DNA of 64,000 nt from an uncultured Lentisphaerota bacterium. GTDB taxonomy: Bacteria > Verrucomicrobiota > Kiritimatiellia > CAIQIC01. The DNA is taken from the NCBI GenBank assembly GCA_903889245.1, contig CAISWQ010000100.1, positions 37,260 to 101,259 on the forward strand, written 5' to 3'. Each line of letters starts with the position of its first letter. Position 1 is the first letter of the stretch. Below are positions 17,649 through 25,367 of the stretch, piece by piece. The notes below the pieces were generated by a model that was not told the DNA's origin, made no database searches, and was given only the letters and a program-made list of their open reading frames with translations. The position numbers were made by a program, and so were the translations under genes.

Positions 17649-19949
17649 TCAGAGAACTTTAATGACAATGTCACTGACAGAAGGGCGAGGAGAGAAATCC
17701 ACATCGCGCTTTATGTACACTTCCAAGGTGAGGCAACGCAACATGGTGTTGATGAAAATGTCTGTGGGTTTTACTGCGGGGGTACTCACGCCAGGACTGG
17801 CGGGACAATTCCAGTGACCGTCGGGGTCTTGTGCTTTGATCAACGCAACATAGACTTGTTGACAAAACGTTTCGTCGGCACGGGACGTGAACATGGCTAA
17901 AACAAGAAGATAAGACTGAAACAGCGCGTCACGCATACATTTCTGACTTAAATCAAGAACCGAGTTGGTGGCGGCTGTCGCGGTGTTCGCTTGGATCAGG
18001 CGATGCGCCATATCTAGTTTATTACCGTCTTGCTTGTCCAGGTAGACCATGCCGAGAATGCCTGCCCCTTGAACCTCTGCGCTAATCTTCTGGGTGTCTC
18101 GCAGAGCTGGTGAGTCACGGAATGCGCCCTCAATGAAAGTCTTTTCCATAAAAGCTTCTGCCTTGATCAGGGCTGCATCTGCATCAGGCGCACCCCACAA
18201 ACTCGTTCTTAGCGCCATGATCTGCCAGACAGAGAAAGTGAGGTTCCAATCCTCGTCCTTGGCATAATTCAAGCCCCATCCGCCGTCCGGTCGCTGTCCC
18301 TGGGCGATGTATTGTGCCGCCTTTTGAGACCGATCCAAAAGTTCAGGGATACGTGTCATGGCATAGGTTTTTGCCAGGGCATAGGTGGCGATGGCGTGAG
18401 TATAAGGATTGGCCGGACGGGGGGAGGTAGATTCAAGCGTTCCGTCACCAAGCTGCTTCCGGGAAAGAAAATAAATGGCCTTCTCAATTGTCGGTCCATA
18501 GGTGGCATCTGACATGGTGGCGGAATTCCCCAGATAACAGAGCAGTGCCAAGCTGGTACAAAGCACCGGGTCATCTTTGGACCACGACCCATCGGCATTT
18601 TGTTGTTCTTTCAACCACTGCAAGCACCGCACAATCGCTTGGTTTGCCTGAGTGAACTGCGGCCTTTCCCGCTTCCCTCCGCTGCCAGCTTTACTTCCAT
18701 ATCCCTTGCTGACGCCTTTGAGGATAAGCGGGGCTCTTATGGAACCTGTTGGGGAAATGATCGAGTCGAGTGGGATAGTTGTCGTTGGCTGGGTTGTAAA
18801 CTCGGTACCCTGTGCGCCAAGAGACCCCACTAAAAAACTGATTCCAGCAGCCTTTTTGAAAACGGGCGGTACACTCCAGACTTGCTTGAAACACTGCGTT
18901 CCCTGTTGGCGATGGAGCCAGCATCCACTACCGCATTCGAGCCACTGCTCACACGCGGCACATTTCGGCATGCGACGGGGGAATCGTTGTCGCTCAAACC
19001 GCGAGTTCCAAATGGTGGCGAACGCTTCCCGCGTCAGATTTCCTTCGCAATGTCTTGGGTCGAGGGTGGAGCACGGCATGACCGAGCCGTCCGGCCAGAC
19101 GGCGCACAGCGTACGGCCAGCGCCACAGAAGAAGACCTCGTCGCGGACCAACGGCTCCCACTGGCCGACGCGGCCCATTTCGTCGCACAAGGACACCGGA
19201 AACTCCGCGCGTTTGAGTGCGACGAACTTCAGCAGCTTGCGCAGTTGGGTGGTGCGGAGAAACAAATCCTTACGTTGGCGGGCACGGCCTTCGGGGATCA
19301 GCAGGTGGATGCCCCAGCGGTGAGCACTGCTCTGGCGGACAAGAGCAAAGGTTTCATCAAGGTACGGATAGTTGACGGTGGAGACCGTCGTGCCCGCGCA
19401 CACTACTGTCGTTGGCAATCCGGCAAAGAAACGCAGGCTGTTCAAGGCGGAATCATAGGCTGCGGGATGACCGCGAAAAGCGTTATGCACTTTGCGGGGG
19501 CCATCCAAGCTGACGGCGACAAATACCGGCGGATAGGCGCGAATGGCAATTTGTTGTGCAGGGGTTGGACAGGCCGCCGTATTTAGAGACCAAGCTAAGC
19601 GATGAGCTTTGAGATGGTCAAGGCATTGGGCGAGTTGCTCGTGTTGCAGTGGTTCCCCACCTGTTAGTAGCATCTCCGGATCACCCAAGGCGGTTGCTTC
19701 GCGGCATAACTTTTCGAACAGTTCCAAAGGCATGTCTTTCCGGTCGCGATTGTCGGCAGGTACTGCCAGACAGTGAGCGCAGGATAAATTACAGCGCAGG
19801 GTGAGATAGCATTGGATGACCGCCGGGGCTTGGGTGTAGCCAAATTTATTGAAGAAGGCATCGCCCCACGACGCTGTGAGTGGGACATGCATTCCGATTT
19901 TAGTATGTGCTCCCATGCCTGAACACCTTTTCCACCAAATTTCCTTCAA
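17649..19949 (-). CDS. Radical SAM / SPASM-domain enzyme fused to a C-terminal prenyltransferase/terpene-cyclase-like (alpha/alpha-toroid) repeat domain
   Basis: N-terminal half: CxxxCxxC (CNLSCAHC) and an auxiliary Cys-rich SPASM-like region (CGAGRTLC...MPCS...CEGN...CAACEQWLECGSGC). C-terminal half: QNADGSW, QRPDGGWG, QDPDGHW repeats. The gene is clearly lower in GC than the flanking DNA. Confidence 0.8.
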   Translation of the reverse strand: MKEIWWKRCSGMGAHTKIGMHVPLTASWGDAFFNKFGYTQAPAVIQCYLTLRCNLSCAHCLAVPADNRDRKDMPLELFEKLCREATALGDPEMLLTGGEPLQHEQLAQCLDHLKAHRLAWSLNTAACPTPAQQIAIRAYPPVFVAVSLDGPRKVHNAFRGHPAAYDSALNSLRFFAGLPTTVVCAGTTVSTVNYPYLDETFALVRQSSAHRWGIHLLIPEGRARQRKDLFLRTTQLRKLLKFVALKRAEFPVSLCDEMGRVGQWEPLVRDEVFFCGAGRTLCAVWPDGSVMPCSTLDPRHCEGNLTREAFATIWNSRFERQRFPRRMPKCAACEQWLECGSGCWLHRQQGTQCFKQVWSVPPVFKKAAGISFLVGSLGAQGTEFTTQPTTTIPLDSIISPTGSIRAPLILKGVSKGYGSKAGSGGKRERPQFTQANQAIVRCLQWLKEQQNADGSWSKDDPVLCTSLALLCYLGNSATMSDATYGPTIEKAIYFLSRKQLGDGTLESTSPRPANPYTHAIATYALAKTYAMTRIPELLDRSQKAAQYIAQGQRPDGGWGLNYAKDEDWNLTFSVWQIMALRTSLWGAPDADAALIKAEAFMEKTFIEGAFRDSPALRDTQKISAEVQGAGILGMVYLDKQDGNKLDMAHRLIQANTATAATNSVLDLSQKCMRDALFQSYLLVLAMFTSRADETFCQQVYVALIKAQDPDGHWNCPASPGVSTPAVKPTDIFINTMLRCLTLEVYIKRDVDFSPRPSVSDIVIKVL

Positions 19950-20025
19950 CCGAGCCGCATCATAAATAGGGGCCGTGGGGTGTCAATGAGGAATTGGTCT
20001 TGTTTTTCTCGGACGGGCGGGAAGA

Positions 20026-22140
20026 ATGCGCACCATGCAAACGCAAAACTCTACGATGGGCGGCTCGCGCCGCACGTGGTTCAAGCAACTGGGGCTGGCG
20101 ACCGCCGGCGCCGCGGTCGGCAGCGCGCTGCCGTCCGCCGCTGCCGTGCCGGACAAGAAGAAGCCCGCCACCGCCGAGCCGCTCGCGTCGCTGAACCGCT
20201 TCCCGCACATGGTGCAGGAATATTTCGTCGCGCGCGTCCGCGAGATCGAGGCGCTCGGCCAACAGCGCCGCGCGGCGTTGCGCAGCAAGCGCGATGCACT
20301 CGCCTACGTCCGCACCGTCCGCGAGAATATCCAGCAATGCTTCGGCCCGTGGCCCCAGAAATCGCCGTTGAACGCGCGCGTCACCGGCCGTGTCGAGCGC
20401 GACGCCTACACCATCGAGAAGGTGATCTTCGAGAGCCGGCCCGGCTTGCCGGTGACGGCGAACCTCTATGTGCCGCGCGGCCGCAAGGGCCGCCTGCCCG
20501 GCGTCGTCGGCACCTGCGGCCACTCGGTGAACGGCAAGGCGGCGGAGCCGTACCAAAGTTTTGCGCAGGGCCTCGCGCGGATGGGCTACGTGACGCTGAT
20601 CTACGATCCGTTCGGGCAGGGCGAGCGTATCCAGTACACCGATGAGAAGCTCAAGCCGCGGCACGGCACCAGCGTGGCGGAGCACCTGCACGCGGGCAAC
20701 CAGCAGTACCTGGTCGGCGAATTCTTCGGCGCGTGGCGCGCGTGGGACGGCATCCGCGCGCTCGACTATCTGCTGACGCGGCCGGAGGTGGACCCCGCGC
20801 TGGTCGGCGTCACCGGCAACTCCGGCGGCGGCACCCTGACCACGTGGCTTGCCGGCGTGGACCAGCGCTGGTGCATGGCCGCGCCCTCGTGCTTCGTCAC
20901 CACGTTCCGCCGCAACCTCGAGAACGAACTGCCCGCCGATACCGAGCAGTGTCCGCCGCGCGCGCTGGCGCTCAGCCTCGATCACGCCGATTTCCTCGCC
21001 GCGCTCGCGCCGAAGCCGGTGATTTTGTTGACGCAGGACAAGGATTACTTTGATCTGCGCGGTGGCCAGGAGGCGTTCGCGCGCCTGCAACGCCTCTACG
21101 AACTGCTCGGCGCGCCCGGCAACGTTGCGCTCTTCACCGGCCCGCGCGAGCACGGCTACTCGCAGGAGAACCGCGAGGCGATGTACCGCTGGTTCAACCG
21201 CGTGACGAAAATTTCTGACGCGCAGACCGAGCCCGCGCTGACGATCGAGAAGGACGAGACGCTCTGGTGCACGCCACACGGCCAGGTCGGCGAATTCCGG
21301 CCGCGCACCATCCACACCTTCACGCAGGAAAAGGCGCAGGCGCTTGCCGCGCAGCGCGGCGAGGTCGGCGGCCGCGCACTGCGGCGCGCCCTTCAGGACG
21401 TGCTCAAAATCCCCGACCGCTCCGGTCCGCCCGACTACCGCATCCTGCGCCCGCTCGCCGGCCGCAAGCATCCCGCCAAGCACACCGCCTGCTACGCGGT
21501 GGAAACCGAACCGGGCATCCTCGCGCTGCTCTACCTGCTCTCCAGCGAGTCGCTTGTTTCGCGCCCGCCGCGCGGCCGGTCGCGCGCGATCCTCTACGTC
21601 GCGCACCAGTCGGCCGACGCCGAGTTGCGCGAGGAGCCGCTGGTCGCCGACTTGCTCAAGGCCGAGCCGCAATCCGCGTTTTATGCCTGCGATGTGCGCG
21701 GCATCGGCGAGTCGCAGCCCGACACCTGCGGACGGAACCAATTCCTGGCGCCTTACGGCAGCGATTTTTTCTACAGCGCGCATGCGATCATGCTCGGCCG
21801 GCCCTACCTCGGCCAGCGCACCTTCGATGTGGTGAGCGTTTGCGAGCTGCTTTTCACCTGTGGCCACACGGAGATCCACCTCGTCGGCCGCGGCTGGGGC
21901 GCGCTGCCGGCGACCTGCGCCGCGCTGCTTTCAGACGCCGTCGCGCAGGTGACGCTGAAGAACGCGCCGACCTCCTACCACGCCATCGCCATGAGCGATG
22001 ACTACAAGTGGCCGCTCGCCGCGCTGCCGCCGGGCGTGCTGGAGAAGTTCGATCTGCCCGACTGCTATCGCGCACTCGCCGCGAAGAAATTGACGCAGCT
22101 CGAACCGTGGGGGCCTTGGGCTGCTCCTATTTCGGCGTGA
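20026..22140 (+). CDS. Tat-exported two-domain alpha/beta hydrolase, acetyl-xylan-esterase (AXE1)-like; paralog of 9844..11925
   Basis: Twin-arginine signal (SRRTWFKQLGLATAGAAVGSALP), ERDAYTIEKVIFES...NLYVP, GVTGNSGGG; same architecture as 9844..11925. Confidence 0.75.
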   Translation: MRTMQTQNSTMGGSRRTWFKQLGLATAGAAVGSALPSAAAVPDKKKPATAEPLASLNRFPHMVQEYFVARVREIEALGQQRRAALRSKRDALAYVRTVRENIQQCFGPWPQKSPLNARVTGRVERDAYTIEKVIFESRPGLPVTANLYVPRGRKGRLPGVVGTCGHSVNGKAAEPYQSFAQGLARMGYVTLIYDPFGQGERIQYTDEKLKPRHGTSVAEHLHAGNQQYLVGEFFGAWRAWDGIRALDYLLTRPEVDPALVGVTGNSGGGTLTTWLAGVDQRWCMAAPSCFVTTFRRNLENELPADTEQCPPRALALSLDHADFLAALAPKPVILLTQDKDYFDLRGGQEAFARLQRLYELLGAPGNVALFTGPREHGYSQENREAMYRWFNRVTKISDAQTEPALTIEKDETLWCTPHGQVGEFRPRTIHTFTQEKAQALAAQRGEVGGRALRRALQDVLKIPDRSGPPDYRILRPLAGRKHPAKHTACYAVETEPGILALLYLLSSESLVSRPPRGRSRAILYVAHQSADAELREEPLVADLLKAEPQSAFYACDVRGIGESQPDTCGRNQFLAPYGSDFFYSAHAIMLGRPYLGQRTFDVVSVCELLFTCGHTEIHLVGRGWGALPATCAALLSDAVAQVTLKNAPTSYHAIAMSDDYKWPLAALPPGVLEKFDLPDCYRALAAKKLTQLEPWGPWAAPISA

Positions 22141-23425
22141 GGACGAGCGCGCCGTGGCCGTAGAAGGTGCCGGCGATGGCGGCGATCATCAGGCAGGCGA
22201 GCGTCGCCGCCAACAGCGCGCGGAAGGCGACCGCCGCGAGGTTCCGCGTCTGGTTCGGCGCGAGCGCCGCGGTGCCGCCGACGAAGATCGCGATGCTCGG
22301 GATGTGCGCGAAGCCGCAGAGCGCATAGCTCGCCAGCACCGCGCTGCGCGGATCGTGCAGCGCGCCGCTGGCCATCAGCCGCGCGAGTTCCTGGTAGGCA
22401 GGAATCTCGGTCAGGACGAAGCGCAGTCCGAGCAGGCGGCCCACCTCCCACGCGTCGGCCGGCGAAACACCGATCAGCAGCGCGAAGGGATAGAAAACGT
22501 AGGCGAGCAGGTTCTCCAGCCGCAGGTTCCAGTGGACGTGGAAGATTTTTTCGATGAGCACGGCGATGCCATCGAGGCCGAGGTTGAGCAGCTCCATCAG
22601 GCCGATGAACGCGAGCAGCAGGACGATGACGCCCATGACGAGCTTGCCGCCGGCGTTCGCGCCGTTGATCGCGGACTCGATCAGGCTCGCGGGTTTTTCG
22701 TAATGCGGCGGCACGATCTGGCCGAGCGTCTCCGGCTGCTCCGTCTCCGGCATCAGCAGCTTCGCCATGACGATGGCCGCGGGCGCGCCGAGCAGCGAGG
22801 CGCTCATCAGGTGGCCCGCGATGGTCGGGAACGACTGGTGCAGAAGCATGACGTAGAGGCCGAGCGTGCTCGAGGCGACCGTCGCGAAGCCGGAGGTCAG
22901 CACGAGCGCCAGCTCCGAGCGCGTCATCGTGGCGAGGTAGGGGCGGACGACGACCGCGGCCTCGATGCCGACGAAGATGTTGCTCGCCGTCGCCAGCGAC
23001 TCCGCGCCGCTGATGCGCAGCAGGCGGGTGAACAGGCGCGTGAAGCCGTTGACGATGTGCTGCATCACCTTGAGGTAATAGAGCACGTCCATCAGCGTCG
23101 CGAAGAAAACGATGGTCGGCAGCGCCTGCAATGCGAGGATGAAACCGGGCGAGCCCGGCTGGCCCGGTCCGGCGGCGAGCGGGCCGAAGCAGAACTTGAT
23201 GCCCGCTTGCGCGGCGTCGAGCACTTTCATCACGGCGTCGTTGAGCCAGAGGAAGAGCGTCGTGCCCGCCGGCACGAAGAAGATGAACGCGCCGAAGACG
23301 AGCTGCAGCGCGAGCCCACCGGCCACCGCGCGCCAGTTGAACACCTTGCGGTTGGCCGAAAGCAGCCAGCCGAGAAAAATCAGCACGAACAGGCCGCCGA
23401 AGCTGATCAGGTTATAGCGATTCAT
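22127..23425 (-). CDS. nupC: NupC/CNT-family concentrative nucleoside transporter
   Basis: CNT-family TM topology and conserved segments (GFILALQALPTIVFF..., GIEAAVVVRPYL, FAHIPSIAIFVGG); start at MNRYNLISFGG within track ORF 22127..23488. Confidence 0.85.
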   Translation of the reverse strand: MNRYNLISFGGLFVLIFLGWLLSANRKVFNWRAVAGGLALQLVFGAFIFFVPAGTTLFLWLNDAVMKVLDAAQAGIKFCFGPLAAGPGQPGSPGFILALQALPTIVFFATLMDVLYYLKVMQHIVNGFTRLFTRLLRISGAESLATASNIFVGIEAAVVVRPYLATMTRSELALVLTSGFATVASSTLGLYVMLLHQSFPTIAGHLMSASLLGAPAAIVMAKLLMPETEQPETLGQIVPPHYEKPASLIESAINGANAGGKLVMGVIVLLLAFIGLMELLNLGLDGIAVLIEKIFHVHWNLRLENLLAYVFYPFALLIGVSPADAWEVGRLLGLRFVLTEIPAYQELARLMASGALHDPRSAVLASYALCGFAHIPSIAIFVGGTAALAPNQTRNLAAVAFRALLAATLACLMIAAIAGTFYGHGALVLTPK

Positions 23426-23526
23426 GGTGTTCTCCCGCGCGCCGGACTCTAGCAAATCCCCGCCGTGGTTCCGCATGAATTTCGCCATCGGCCTGCAACG
23501 AACAAAACCAATCCAAGGGCCGCGGT

Positions 23527-23585
23527 CTGTAGCGGCGGCCTATGGCGGCCGACGGCGACCACAGGTCGCCGCTACAGCGGAACAA
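23527..23585. repeat. 60-bp imperfect-palindrome element, copy 1 (CTGTAGCGGCGGCC...GGTCGCCGCTACAGCGGAACAA)
   Basis: Followed by further GC-rich hairpins (gcggggttttcaaccccgc; gtgggcgggagctacagctcccgcccac) and a C9 homopolymer. Confidence 0.75.
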
Positions 23586-23760
23586 GCTGCTTCCAGCCTG
23601 CCTCCTTGTGGGCGGGGTTTTCAACCCCGCGTTCTCCAACCTAAACCACTAAACCCTTTTGGCTCCTCTTCCTGTGGGCGGGAGCTACAGCTCCCGCCCA
23701 CCAGAACTGGCAGAGGAATACCCCCCCCCGGCCTGTCATGCACCGCAGAGGAGGCACCGC

Positions 23761-23793
23761 TTGACGGAAAGGCGGAATGTCAGATATTCTGAC
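23761..23793 (+). promoter_or_regulatory. Putative vapBC promoter (TTGACG...TATTCT) with overlapping perfect 15-bp palindrome GTCAGATATTCTGAC (candidate VapB operator)
   Basis: Read directly ~25-55 bp upstream of the vapB ATG; AbrB/MazE-type antitoxins typically autoregulate through palindromic operators. Confidence 0.5.
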
Positions 23794-23814
23794 TAGCAAC
23801 GAAAGGACCTAGCC

Positions 23815-24120
23815 ATGATTGCGGAAGTCAGTCGCGTGGGGAAACGGGGTACGGTGGTGCTGCCGGCCAGCCTGCGGCGGCGGTTCGGCATGGAGGAAGG
23901 CGCCCTGCTGATGGCCGAGAGCCATGAGGATGGCATCCTGCTGCGGCCCGCGGCCGTGGTGCCGATGGAAACCTACTCGCCCGCCCGCAAGGCGGAATTC
24001 CTGCTGAACAATGCTGTCACCCCGGCGGACTATCAGCAGGCCGTGCAGGATGTTCGGGCGCTGGGCCTCGATCCGGCGCAGATCAAACATCGCAAACCCA
24101 AGGGCGCGGCGCGCGCATGA
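23815..24120 (+). CDS. vapB: AbrB/MazE/SpoVT-family antitoxin (VapB-like)
   Basis: N-terminal swapped-hairpin beta-barrel signature (VGKRGTVVLPASLRRRFGMEEGALL); 4-bp overlap with the downstream PIN gene. Confidence 0.8.
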   Translation: MIAEVSRVGKRGTVVLPASLRRRFGMEEGALLMAESHEDGILLRPAAVVPMETYSPARKAEFLLNNAVTPADYQQAVQDVRALGLDPAQIKHRKPKGAARA

Positions 24121-24512
24121 AGCGTGTCTTTCTGGATGCCAATGTCCTGTTCTCCGCCGCGTGGCGCGAGGAAAACGGCCTGCTGAAACTCTGGCGACTG
24201 GCGGGCGTGGCCTTGGTGACCTCCGCCTATGCTGCCCGCGAAGCCGAAATCAATCTGCCGGACGACGCCCAGCGCCAACGCCTGCGTCATCTTCTCCAAC
24301 GTGTTGACGTTCTGCCACCCGCCACAGCCCTGCCTCCCCTGCCGTCCGGCGTGCACTTGCCGGCCAAGGACGCACCGATCTTGCAGGCGGCCATCGCCGC
24401 CGATGCCACTGTGCTGCTGACCGGCGATGTGACACACTTCGGTCCCTATTTTGGCAAGCGACTTGGCGGGGTGCAGGTGCTGCCGCCCGCCGCGTTCCTA
24501 GCCGCCGGTTGA
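24117..24512 (+). CDS. vapC: PIN-domain ribonuclease toxin (VapC-like)
   Basis: VFLDANVL... start with conserved acidic residues (D6, E, D near the C-terminus LLTGDV); ATGA overlap with vapB. Confidence 0.8.
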   Translation: MKRVFLDANVLFSAAWREENGLLKLWRLAGVALVTSAYAAREAEINLPDDAQRQRLRHLLQRVDVLPPATALPPLPSGVHLPAKDAPILQAAIAADATVLLTGDVTHFGPYFGKRLGGVQVLPPAAFLAAG

Positions 24513-24540
24513 ATTGGAAGTCCTGTTGGTGATGATGCAG

Positions 24541-24603
24541 CCCTGTAGCGGCGGCCTGTGGCCGCCGACGGCGACCGCAGGTCGCCGCTACAGCGGAACA
24601 AAC
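24541..24603. repeat. 60-bp imperfect-palindrome element, copy 2
   Basis: cctgtagcggcggcctgtggccgccgacggcgaccgcaggtcgccgctacagcggaacaa, followed by the tgtgggcggggtttccaaccccgc ... gcggggttgcaaaccccgcccaca long hairpin (24626-24700). Confidence 0.8.
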
Positions 24604-24838
24604 TACATACAACCTGACTGCTTTGTGGGCGGGGTTTCCAACCCCGCGAACCCCAACCAACGCCAGCCAGCGCGGGGTTGCAAACCCCGCCCACAAAACA
24701 CCTGCGGACCAAACGCGCCGCCTTGACACCCGCCCCCCACTTCCTACACTTTCGCGGCCTTGGCCGCTGGCGAGCGTGATGCCAAAAATATGCTACTCCG
24801 CAGCAGGGTATGATGGATACCGTGTCACGGAAAAGTGA

Positions 24839-25246
24839 ATGGCGGGCATTAATGACATGACAAACGACACAGTCATTATTCACGGAAGTCCGTGGAAGGC
24901 GATTGATATACAAGATGCTATTGCCGTTTGTCGTGGTCGCACTTGGACATTTCACAAGTGGGAAGCATCACCAGCACTGATTCAGAAGTCCGGCACGACT
25001 TCCAAATTCATAGGCCAGAAATACGATCCGACGAAATACAGACTCGATCCTAAAGGTTGGACGCACGATCATTGTCAAATTTGCTGGTGGACGATAAGTG
25101 ACGCACGAGACGAGGAAAGCAATTCTGGATTTACAGATGGCCGCGATTGGATTTGTACCGAATGTTTCAATAAATTCATGATGGAGAAAAGGGGAGCCCA
25201 ACCACCCGCCGGAGATTATTCGCTCGAAGACGTGCGAGAACCTTAA
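24839..25246 (+). CDS. Hypothetical zinc-ribbon protein (two CxxC pairs), low-GC ORF
   Basis: HDHCQICWW...WICTEC; markedly AT-richer than neighbours; flanked by copies 2 and 3 of the 60-bp element. Confidence 0.5.
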   Translation: MAGINDMTNDTVIIHGSPWKAIDIQDAIAVCRGRTWTFHKWEASPALIQKSGTTSKFIGQKYDPTKYRLDPKGWTHDHCQICWWTISDARDEESNSGFTDGRDWICTECFNKFMMEKRGAQPPAGDYSLEDVREP

Positions 25247-25300
25247 CCGTACGTTCGTTTGAATAGGAGTTTTTCTCAGGCTTGGAAAACGTGACACAGT

Positions 25301-25357
25301 TCCTGTAGCGGCGGCCTGTGGCCGCCGATGGCGACCGCAGGTCGCCGCTGCAACAAA
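25301..25357. repeat. 60-bp imperfect-palindrome element, copy 3 (3' end degenerate)
   Basis: cctgtagcggcggcctgtggccgccgatggcgaccgcaggtcgccgctgcaac; a single degenerate TTCCAAG-type palindrome lies just upstream (25271-25291). Confidence 0.75.
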
Positions 25358-25367
25358 AGGAAACAGC

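Noticed and set aside
19960-21879. 639-aa minus-strand ORF
   Set aside because: Antisense to the well-supported Tat-signal AXE1-like gene; Arg/Ala-rich composition; no recognisable domain.
22154-23452. 432-aa plus-strand ORF
   Set aside because: Antisense to the NupC transporter gene; extreme R/E/D/A composition.
23490-25360. Calling the 60-bp elements bona fide integron attC sites
   Set aside because: No intI or other tyrosine recombinase in the window, and I could not identify canonical R''/L''/L'/R' core sites (GTTRRRY). Kept only as a hypothesis in findings.
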